NCBI GenBank assembly: GCA_046570105.1
Contig: JBKHVI010000016.1
Coordinates: 1 to 50,289, forward strand
Reading direction: 5' to 3'
DNA: 50,289 nucleotides
Origin: Bacteriovoracia bacterium
Lineage (GTDB): Bacteria > Bdellovibrionota > Bacteriovoracia > Bacteriovoracales > Bacteriovoracaceae
Below, piece by piece: positions 28,493 to 36,493 of this stretch. A program made the position numbers and the translations under genes. Under the pieces are notes generated by a model. The model was not told the DNA's origin and made no database searches. It saw only the letters and a program-made list of their open reading frames with translations. Numbering within the stretch: position 1 is the first letter of the stretch; each line of letters opens with the position of its first letter.

Positions 28493-28931
28493 AGCGCGCG
28501 AATTTTGCCTTCAATTTCTCTATCATTTTCAACTACCGGCATTTCAAAACCAAAAAAAGTCTGTGGCGACAGATAGTGTAGAGCTATTTGAGCGTATGAC
28601 CGCCTTTCGTGAAACGCTCAATATCACCATGGCATCGCAAGAACAGGCCTGGGTTGCCACTATGGTTAAAGGCATCCTTGCTCACGCTGATGAAGTTGAG
28701 GAATGGGTCGTAAAACATCTCAAAAACTGGAAGCTTGAACGCCTCTCACGTATCGAACATACTCTTCTAGTCATGGCCGCCTACGAATTGAAATTCCACC
28801 CAGAGACACCTTTTAAAGTTGTCATTAACGAAGCCATTGAACTCGGAAAGAAATACTCCACCAAAGAATCAGGGCACTTTTTAAATGGTGTTCTTGATGG
28901 CCTAGCGAAAGATCTTAAGCATGATGCCTGA
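28476..28931 (+). CDS. nusB: Transcription antitermination factor NusB
   Basis: 'RREAREFCLQFLY', 'NWKLERL', 'VVINEAIELGK', 'FLNGVLD'. Confidence 0.93.
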   Translation: MNTRREAREFCLQFLYHFQLPAFQNQKKSVATDSVELFERMTAFRETLNITMASQEQAWVATMVKGILAHADEVEEWVVKHLKNWKLERLSRIEHTLLVMAAYELKFHPETPFKVVINEAIELGKKYSTKESGHFLNGVLDGLAKDLKHDA

Positions 28932-29298
28932 TCCAGCGATTCTGGCCAAGATCACTCCTCAAACGACTGTGGTTGTATGGGCCTCTGATCGAAACCTCAA
29001 TCACCAAGTTCCAGGCTTTGGAACGATCGATTATCTACTTGATGGATTGGTAAGAAAACATATCAGCAACCAAGAAAATGCCGATCAAGTGAGTTTCGTC
29101 CACACTCTATTTGGAAATAATTTTCGAGTGGCATTTGTGAATATTGAAACGAAAAGCGTGGATGATTTCATGAAAGGTCTCACCACTTTAGTTCCTGAAA
29201 AAGAGCGCGAGTATCTTGTGGTAATCAACTCGCACTTTCTTCCAAAAAGCTTTGATCAGAAACTCGACAAAACTTTTGGTTTTGTCGAAAAGCTGTAA
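28921..29298 (+). CDS. Hypothetical protein (weak resemblance to the M17 aminopeptidase N-terminal domain)
   Basis: 125-aa ORF overlapping the nusB stop; 'IDYLLDGLVRKHI'. Confidence 0.5.
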   Translation: MMPDPAILAKITPQTTVVVWASDRNLNHQVPGFGTIDYLLDGLVRKHISNQENADQVSFVHTLFGNNFRVAFVNIETKSVDDFMKGLTTLVPEKEREYLVVINSHFLPKSFDQKLDKTFGFVEKL

Positions 29299-29634
29299 TC
29301 ACTTACAACGAACCATCACTTTTACTTCAGGGAATTCAAAACTAAGCTCAGGAGCTTTGGGCTCACGTACTCCCTTCCAGATATTTTTCACTGAACGAGT
29401 CGCCACTTTTTTCTGCGTGCCTTCGCGAACTTCTACCGTAAAACTTTCATCCTCTAAGCGGACCTTATAAGAAAATCTGCGCAGATTGTTGTCCCAATCA
29501 GGGCGCGATGGCATCAACTCAAACTTTTCAATATATCCTTCTGAGTCTTTTTCTTTGCGAATATATTCGCAACTTACTTCGCTAGAGAAGGCATTCACTG
29601 AAAAAGTGAGAGCTAAGAGAAATAGTATTTTCAT
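29299..29634 (-). CDS. Small secreted hypothetical protein
   Basis: Signal peptide MKILFLLALTFSVNAFS; one Cys near each end; ATGA-coupled to the upstream gene. Confidence 0.7.
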   Translation of the reverse strand: MKILFLLALTFSVNAFSSEVSCEYIRKEKDSEGYIEKFELMPSRPDWDNNLRRFSYKVRLEDESFTVEVREGTQKKVATRSVKNIWKGVREPKAPELSFEFPEVKVMVRCK

Positions 29635-32195
29635 TGTTGAGTTGCTCCTGAATTAGAAGGTGTCGCAGCAGGTGCCATTGGGCCTTTCTCCGCGGCAAAA
29701 CTGTTAGTGACACTTTCACAGTATCTTTTGACTACCGAATCATCAAAAGACGTCACCATGGTTAATCGAACATAATTGGCCAATACTTCTCTTCGGCGAT
29801 CATCCTCTTTCGTCTTCTCTTCGTTACTTCCAGAATGAGGCCAGCCGCCTGGTGGCATCTTTTTAAGAATCATCTTTTCAATCATCGCCAGACCAAAAGG
29901 CTTCGCACCAGCTTCACCTCTCAGGAAACCTTCAAACTCATTCCAGCTCTCATCCGTCCAGGGACCTGCGGTCTGTGTTAAATAAGGCCCATTACTAATT
30001 AATTTATTCATCCCAGGGAATGGATAAAATCCGGCACTTCCATGGCAATCCAAACATTTAACGGTAAGACTTTGCGCCTCTTCCTTAAGCATCGCCTTAT
30101 TCACTTGAAAGAGACTCTTCATCGAGTCTAGCACGCCCATGCTTTCACCAAGCGCTTCATTCGTCATACGATCACGACACCACGATTCCACATCATTGGT
30201 AACGGGATTCGCTACTTCTTGTTTCACTTCATCTGTTACAAGGGCCTGGTAACTTCTCGTTTTGAGTTTTTCGCAAGTACTTCCACCCGAAGTATCTTTC
30301 TTTATCTCAGCAATAACTTCGCGAATAGCACCCTGCTGGTACAATAGTGAGAACTGATCTGAGAATGCTAGGCTATTATAGTTCGGATCATCCCCACGCA
30401 TCATCGACCACTGAGTGACATCTACGCCCAAAGGCTCAAGCACTGCGCGAATCGCCGTAATATCTCGTTGATGAGCTTCGGCAACTCCATTCACGCCACC
30501 AAAATCCTCAATAGCATGAAACCCACTTCGAACTGGTGTTTTAAGCTTATTAGAGAATTCTTCTGCTTCTTCTTGAATGTCTTTGGCACTGCCGTTTTCT
30601 ACCTCTTTAAGATAGCTTTCAAGAAAGCGCTCATGACGTTTGACTTTGAACTGATCCGCACGACTGTGATTTTCCCCTGTATCATCATTAATGGCCTTCA
30701 CTGTATCGTCAAAACCATTGAGCTGCGTAGGTGTTCGCTTAGCAAGTGCCAAGTTTCTTAGACGCGTTTCAGGTGATTCCTTATAAAAGCCATGAATCTT
30801 AGATTGCATGGACTCAGGAATCCATTCTTTCATTCTCTTTGGATCAGGTGAGATACAACGATTGGCAACACCTGCTAGATAGTATTTAAACTTATCATAA
30901 TTAGGGTGCTCTTTAAGGCGTGTCGAGATACGACAAAAGTTCTGACCACTCATTTGATCAAAAGCCGCTTGCGAGGGACCAGTGTAGCTGGCCGTTTTAA
31001 AGTCAAAATTTTGCGCGCGCATTTCATCAGCGTATGGGAAGTGCGGAATACGATAAAATCCTGATTCTTCGGTTTTCTTTTTTATCGCCGCCAGCTGCTC
31101 ACGCGGAGGAAGACTTGAAACCGGAGGATTCTGTCCCTGGAATTGAACGCGGTCATCAACCGGCAAATCAAGCATCGCCAACCGAGATTTCGGGTCTTTC
31201 TCTTTGGCGTCCACCACTTGATCTAAGAATGAAAGATATGCTCTTCCGTCTGCTCCCATATCTGGCTTCATTTGTTGATGCGCTACTTTTGCATCTTGCC
31301 CCATGTGAGCTGCGATCGGATTAAGCGTGACAGGTTTTTTCTTACCTTGAGGGTACATCTCCAGCATGTCATCTCGAGAAGGAACCACACCCGCCCAAGC
31401 GCGATAGGTATCCCAGTTCGGACGTGGATCAGGTTCTTTGTGACATGAAAGACATTTTTCTCCTGTGCCATCCATATGACGATGCTTAGGATTAAAGTCC
31501 AATTCCATAAACTCGTATTTGGCGTCTTTACCGTTCCAGCGCATAATTTCGAGTGTTGAGTAAGCGGCATTAGCTGGGTCAGTTGAGAAAGTGACCCACA
31601 ACTCTGAGTTAGGACTTTTAAGCGCCACGCGAGGATACATTTTTCCATCACGAACAGCGGAAGGCTGCAAACTTTCGGACTCTCCAATAACAATAAAGTT
31701 GAGACCCTCTCCTCCACCCTTATTACTTTTCTTAAGCATGGCCTTAATTTTAGAAAGCGTATCTTCCAGAGTGACACCTTCACGAATGGAGCGTTTTTTA
31801 GTTAAGTCTCCACCCCAATGCCCATCAGTTCCCTTTCCTGCACCGGTAATGTCTGCGATCAGACTATTAAAGTCGTCTTGCAGTTCTGTTTCACACTCTC
31901 CACAAGCGAAATTTCCTTCTTTAGGCATACAGTTCACGTTAAGTGAGTTGGCGCCAGCTAAATCGATATCTTCTTCTTCAGGCTCAACTTCATCTTTTGA
32001 AATCGACGAACTAAACCCACCTACCGCGCCCCCCACAATTCCACCTGTGGTAACACTGGGTACTGGAGTCTGCGGCCCACTTCCATTCAGTACTTCGTTA
32101 CCACTTCCATTTAGAATCGGATTGCCAGAACCATTCGTCACTTGCCCCCAGATGTAAGGGGACAATAGCATGCTTACAAGTACTAGCAGCTTCAT
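29631..32195 (-). CDS. Large secreted protein with two CxxCH c-type haem motifs
   Basis: Signal peptide; 'CLSCH' and 'CLDCH'; downstream 'KMPPG' as a candidate axial Met; N-terminal (NGSGN.xL)x3 repeat. Confidence 0.75.
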   Translation of the reverse strand: MKLLVLVSMLLSPYIWGQVTNGSGNPILNGSGNEVLNGSGPQTPVPSVTTGGIVGGAVGGFSSSISKDEVEPEEEDIDLAGANSLNVNCMPKEGNFACGECETELQDDFNSLIADITGAGKGTDGHWGGDLTKKRSIREGVTLEDTLSKIKAMLKKSNKGGGEGLNFIVIGESESLQPSAVRDGKMYPRVALKSPNSELWVTFSTDPANAAYSTLEIMRWNGKDAKYEFMELDFNPKHRHMDGTGEKCLSCHKEPDPRPNWDTYRAWAGVVPSRDDMLEMYPQGKKKPVTLNPIAAHMGQDAKVAHQQMKPDMGADGRAYLSFLDQVVDAKEKDPKSRLAMLDLPVDDRVQFQGQNPPVSSLPPREQLAAIKKKTEESGFYRIPHFPYADEMRAQNFDFKTASYTGPSQAAFDQMSGQNFCRISTRLKEHPNYDKFKYYLAGVANRCISPDPKRMKEWIPESMQSKIHGFYKESPETRLRNLALAKRTPTQLNGFDDTVKAINDDTGENHSRADQFKVKRHERFLESYLKEVENGSAKDIQEEAEEFSNKLKTPVRSGFHAIEDFGGVNGVAEAHQRDITAIRAVLEPLGVDVTQWSMMRGDDPNYNSLAFSDQFSLLYQQGAIREVIAEIKKDTSGGSTCEKLKTRSYQALVTDEVKQEVANPVTNDVESWCRDRMTNEALGESMGVLDSMKSLFQVNKAMLKEEAQSLTVKCLDCHGSAGFYPFPGMNKLISNGPYLTQTAGPWTDESWNEFEGFLRGEAGAKPFGLAMIEKMILKKMPPGGWPHSGSNEEKTKEDDRRREVLANYVRLTMVTSFDDSVVKRYCESVTNSFAAEKGPMAPAATPSNSGATQQ

Positions 32196-33094
32196 TGCAG
32201 CTCTCCGGTTTCTAAATAATAATTTTGCAGTGGCACGTTCACGCTTTTGTCTTTTAGAGTGAAACTACGCTTGCTTCCATCTTGTTTCGTTTGGAAGCGG
32301 ACGTGATTGAGATCGCCAATATTTTGTTGCATGAATTTTGTTGCGTCAGATCCGGTAACAGGAAAGATATGATCGACACTGGGTCTTCTGCCTATCACTC
32401 TAGCTGCGAAGTAATTTCCTTTTTCACCAAACACAATATAATCATCATCGCGCTTCGGATCAGCAGGAGCTGGGGCTGCCGGATCAGTCGTACTCAATTC
32501 TTTATAATAAACAACACGCTTAATTTTAAAATTGGCCGAACCTAGTTTTTTAGGTTTTTGATCATATCTCTCAAAGTGACCACTATAGACTGCACCGTAT
32601 AATTCTTTATTTCCTGTCGCCTTGGCATGACAAGTCAGCTCTGGGATTTTGTAGGAACGTGAGTCTTGGGTTTCATCCTTAGGATTTACCCCGGGAGCGA
32701 ATGTTCCATAGCGTTCACCTTTAACATTTTCCAAAAAACTCTTTTTAAGCTCTTGACCACTTTCTGAATCAGGAAATTCCACTTCGTAAATCGCTTGATA
32801 GTTATGCGGCTGTGAATAGAGAGGAAGATGAGAAACATAAAAAGGGCCAGTGCCAAAGAAGAGCTGTCCATGAAAACCTGCTTGCGCTCTTTCAAATTCT
32901 GCGCGATCACAGGTGATATCGTTTTTCGTTTCACATTCGACAGTTGAAGGCACAAGCGTACTCTGAGTTAATGCATTTGCATTAACAGCAACATCTCGAA
33001 CTAAGTCATGGCCGTAACCGTGACTAGAGAGGAATAGTAAAGTCGTTGCGAACAATAGATCTTGGATCGCCTTGCATGACTTCATTGAGCTCAT
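32192..33094 (-). CDS. Secreted hypothetical protein with His-rich conserved-looking motif; start uncertain
   Basis: Hydrophobic leader; 'GFHGQLFFG...FYVSHLPLYSQPHNYQAIYEV', 'YSGHFER'. Confidence 0.7.
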   Translation of the reverse strand: MSSMKSCKAIQDLLFATTLLFLSSHGYGHDLVRDVAVNANALTQSTLVPSTVECETKNDITCDRAEFERAQAGFHGQLFFGTGPFYVSHLPLYSQPHNYQAIYEVEFPDSESGQELKKSFLENVKGERYGTFAPGVNPKDETQDSRSYKIPELTCHAKATGNKELYGAVYSGHFERYDQKPKKLGSANFKIKRVVYYKELSTTDPAAPAPADPKRDDDYIVFGEKGNYFAARVIGRRPSVDHIFPVTGSDATKFMQQNIGDLNHVRFQTKQDGSKRSFTLKDKSVNVPLQNYYLETGELQ

Positions 33095-34052
33095 CTAGAT
33101 GCCTCTGATACAATGGGAGCTGGTGCTCCTCAGGTTGATAAGTTGAACCATAGGGATAATCCTTGCCTGGAGTGCTGGTCATTTCAATGTGAGAGCCAAG
33201 GATGTTGCGTACTTTATTTTTTCCAGAGAATTCTTTAAGACGAGCAACACTGGCTCGAAAAGTTTTCCACTGGGCCCCAGATAAAAAGATGTTGCCGGGA
33301 TAAAGACTATCGCCCGTTAAAAGATCTCCTGTCGCATGATCGTAAAATGCGACACTACTGGCCTCATGGCCAGGTATCGCAATGACAGAAAGCTTGCGAC
33401 CGCCTAAATCAAGAGTGCCAACATCGTTAGGCCAATCTTTTATTCCATAGGCCTTGGCAACATCAGTCGGACGAAGTCCTACAACTGTCGTATTAGGACG
33501 ATCGCGAAAATGATGATCTCCGGCGGTATGATCGCCATGGGAATGTCCATGACCAACGGTGAGGTGAATCGGACGGCCTAACTCTTTTTCTTTTTTAGCA
33601 AGAATTCCATCAATCAACTCTCGAATGGGAAATTCATCCGAACTGTGGTTGGCGCCCGTATCATGTAAGAAGGCACCGTTTTCACCTATCATGAGATACA
33701 TGAACGGAGCTTCAAAAGTTATGCATTTATTCTGGCGAATGACGAAATAACCTGGATTCAATTCCAAGACTTCATACTTAGGTTCTTTGGCACCTGGAGC
33801 ATTGCAGTTGGGCACTCCATGAATCCATTTCTTACTCGCTAATCTCTGTGACTCTTCATCCACTGGATCAGTAGCTTCTTTTGAAGCCTGTCCACAATCT
33901 GTTGGGACATCACCCACCTGTAGAGATGGTTGACTCAGTAAACGAATGGCATGCCTGGTGTCCCCTTTTTGCAGGACACGACAACTTTCTCCACAACTAA
34001 AACTATTGGCCGACCAAAGTATGGCAAACAAGATATAGACAAGTTTATTCAC
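33024..34052 (-). CDS. Secreted metallo-beta-lactamase-fold hydrolase
   Basis: 'HGHSHGDHTAGD', 'IPGH', 'LLTGDSLYPG', 'LGSHIE'; GTG at 34052 follows AGGGGGAG and begins a signal peptide. Confidence 0.85.
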   Translation of the reverse strand: MNKLVYILFAILWSANSFSCGESCRVLQKGDTRHAIRLLSQPSLQVGDVPTDCGQASKEATDPVDEESQRLASKKWIHGVPNCNAPGAKEPKYEVLELNPGYFVIRQNKCITFEAPFMYLMIGENGAFLHDTGANHSSDEFPIRELIDGILAKKEKELGRPIHLTVGHGHSHGDHTAGDHHFRDRPNTTVVGLRPTDVAKAYGIKDWPNDVGTLDLGGRKLSVIAIPGHEASSVAFYDHATGDLLTGDSLYPGNIFLSGAQWKTFRASVARLKEFSGKNKVRNILGSHIEMTSTPGKDYPYGSTYQPEEHQLPLYQRHLDELNEVMQGDPRSIVRNDFTIPL

Positions 34053-34174
34053 TAAAACTCTCCCCCTAGCAGAATACCAACTGGAAAAACTGCATGCACG
34101 CTTACAAAAAACGGCTATTTCTGCCGAGAAATGCATACTGGATAGTTTTGCTTTAGACTTGGAACTTGCTGAAT

Positions 34175-34546
34175 TTAAAGCGTTCCGCCAATTGAATCGA
34201 AGGCGCTCTTTAAGCTTAAAAAACGCTCTGAACTCAAACACCCATGCTCGGTACGGGACTTCTTACCATTTGAAAATACCTGGTACCGGTAGGTTCCCCC
34301 GTAACAATTCTTTAGCGGAATGCGTACGGTAGTGCCGAGAACCTTAATGGCCTGAGGATTATTCACAATTCTTTCTGGCTTGAGCATGAGCCCATTCAGC
34401 TTGTGCCCTTCTTTATCCCGTTCTAGTTTCCAGATTTTTTTTGTGCCAGTTGTTGTTTCCGACATAAGTTGGAACTTCATTTGCTGAGGCTTTGCGGCCT
34501 CCACACTAAAACACAAAAGACCAAACACTAAAAATTTAAGGTTCAC
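34175..34546 (-). CDS. Small secreted hypothetical protein
   Basis: GTG start gives signal peptide MNLKFLVFGLLCFSVEA; Cys pair in the mature part. Confidence 0.65.
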   Translation of the reverse strand: MNLKFLVFGLLCFSVEAAKPQQMKFQLMSETTTGTKKIWKLERDKEGHKLNGLMLKPERIVNNPQAIKVLGTTVRIPLKNCYGGTYRYQVFSNGKKSRTEHGCLSSERFLSLKSAFDSIGGTL

Positions 34547-34590
34547 AGTATTTTCCAATGAAAGCTTCGCCTTTACAGCCTAAGCGATTT

Positions 34591-36363
34591 TTAAGTTGTG
34601 GTTGTAAACGAAGGGCGCTGAATTCGATCAACTGCGGGTGGATGTGAGCCAGCGTCCATTTGTTGGAGTTGACCAAAGGTCTGTCCGATCTGATAAGCCT
34701 CTGGCAAAACTTGCGCAAATGCCGCTTGAGGATCTTGTTGTGGAAGACAATTGTATTGTTGTAGCTGCTGCATGAGCGCGGGCGAAATATCAGGCGCAAG
34801 CCCAGGACAATCACTTACAAAAAAGATTCCACCTACTTCTGTTAAATTAATTGGAATATTAGAAACGACCAGGGCTTCGGCCGCAAGCCAGTCAGAGAAT
34901 GCTTCCTGTTGGCGTGAATTCCCTGGGAGGACTGAACAGCCCCCATAATATTTTTCAATTTCAGGAACTGCCGCCAAAAACTGCTTAATGCCGGAAGCAT
35001 CTTGACCCGCTTCTTCAGTAAGGCGAATTTGATTCTCAAGTAACTTCTTCATTTGCGCACCATCAGCTTTGCGCGCCATCACCGAATCTTTCCCTTCTAA
35101 ACATGTCAGCACTTCTGAATAGGGATTATCTTTAAAAGGTATGGGCATGGCCTTGGGAGGATTTTTTTCATGATCACTGCCATAGAGTGTCGGTAAATCC
35201 AGAATACTATATTGAGTCATCGAGCCATTTTTCAATTGGTGAAGGGGGCACGCCGCCGCACAAGGATCGATTGAATGCCCGATTTCATGGGCAATCACCA
35301 TGCGTAAATGGGCTTCAGGCATCGCCATCATTTGCGGACAAATTTTTAAGGTGTGAGACATTCCATCGTAAAAAGCATTCGGAGTGACACAGACCGTATT
35401 CACTTCTTGCTGAGATGAAACTAATTCAAATTTAACCGTACTCACTCTCTTCTGAAGTTCTTCGAGATTATCCTTTCTATCAGGATATTTGGCGGCCTGT
35501 TTCTCGAGCACTGTTTTAACATGCCCTCTGGTTTGCTCAACCAACGCTTGAATTTGACGACCTTTGATTTCATATTTCTCACGAGCTTTTTGCCCTCGTG
35601 CAGTTTGATCAAAAATCACACTTGGAGTTTGAAATGGATCATCAAGAACTTCTCGTAATTGGGCAGGCACTTTTTCCCAATCAATAGCGCCCATACCCAT
35701 TCCCATCCCTCCGCCGTAACCACCGCTATAGGGACTACCAAAGGCCGACATACTCTCAAACATCTTTTGCTGTGATTCAGACCATTGCTTAACAAGCTCT
35801 TTCACTTCATCAGTCTGTTCAATTTTGAGCGCCTCGACGGAAGCCAGCATTCTTTTCGAGTAGTATTCCGCCTTCGCAAAATCCTCTAATGGGGCAAGGC
35901 CTCCCATTCCACCACCCATACCAGCTCCTTGCATCGCCGAATCGGCCATGTGAAGCATGATCTTGTTATAATTAACTTGGGTTTGAGGTGATTGCTCTAC
36001 CAGCCAACGCTGAAAAGCTTGTTGATCAATTTGCGGTTTTTCTACTGGCTTAGGCGCGTAGACACCGTTACTGGCACTACATTGAAAAATGAGATTAGCA
36101 ATTTGTTGAGCAGCGATGTTGGGAAGTTTTTCTCCCGCCGCATTTTCATAAACACTGAGCGAATTACGATTGGTGGCAAGCTTGCTGCAGACTTGAGCAA
36201 AGGAACATTCACCCTGATCACTTTTCTCATCACAATTGACCGCTGGTTTTCCCGCATCTAAGAGAGATTGCATCATGACTTCAAGATGAGTTGCCACCGG
36301 AGAAGTTTGCGCGGATGTGCCAAACGAAATCAGTAATATGACTAAACCAAAATATTTGATCAT
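34591..36363 (-). CDS. Secreted HEXXH zinc metalloprotease (M48-like motif order); C-terminus probably frameshifted
   Basis: Signal peptide; 'PNAFY', 'VIAHEIGHSID', 'EAFSDWLA', 'SHPPAVDRI'; the alternative frame continues to 34536. Confidence 0.8.
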   Translation of the reverse strand: MIKYFGLVILLISFGTSAQTSPVATHLEVMMQSLLDAGKPAVNCDEKSDQGECSFAQVCSKLATNRNSLSVYENAAGEKLPNIAAQQIANLIFQCSASNGVYAPKPVEKPQIDQQAFQRWLVEQSPQTQVNYNKIMLHMADSAMQGAGMGGGMGGLAPLEDFAKAEYYSKRMLASVEALKIEQTDEVKELVKQWSESQQKMFESMSAFGSPYSGGYGGGMGMGMGAIDWEKVPAQLREVLDDPFQTPSVIFDQTARGQKAREKYEIKGRQIQALVEQTRGHVKTVLEKQAAKYPDRKDNLEELQKRVSTVKFELVSSQQEVNTVCVTPNAFYDGMSHTLKICPQMMAMPEAHLRMVIAHEIGHSIDPCAAACPLHQLKNGSMTQYSILDLPTLYGSDHEKNPPKAMPIPFKDNPYSEVLTCLEGKDSVMARKADGAQMKKLLENQIRLTEEAGQDASGIKQFLAAVPEIEKYYGGCSVLPGNSRQQEAFSDWLAAEALVVSNIPINLTEVGGIFFVSDCPGLAPDISPALMQQLQQYNCLPQQDPQAAFAQVLPEAYQIGQTFGQLQQMDAGSHPPAVDRIQRPSFTTTT

Positions 36364-36445
36364 CCAAACTCCCCATTTAAACCCTCTTTAGTTTAATTGA
36401 TGAAGGCCAATACGCACGAGGTGGGAAATTCTTCCGATCAAAACG

Positions 36446-36471
36446 AATAAGGGCACCGAAGTGCCCTTATT
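36446..36471 (-). terminator. Rho-independent terminator downstream of the E1 gene
   Basis: AATAAGGGCAC-cgaa-GTGCCCTTATT (TTCG loop on the minus strand). Confidence 0.8.
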
Positions 36472-36493
36472 TTAGAAACTTAGAGTTCTTGAG

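Noticed and set aside
34053..34241. N-terminal 63 aa of the 405-aa ORF call
   Set aside because: It overlaps the upstream gene; a GTG at 34052 with a strong RBS and signal peptide is the better start.
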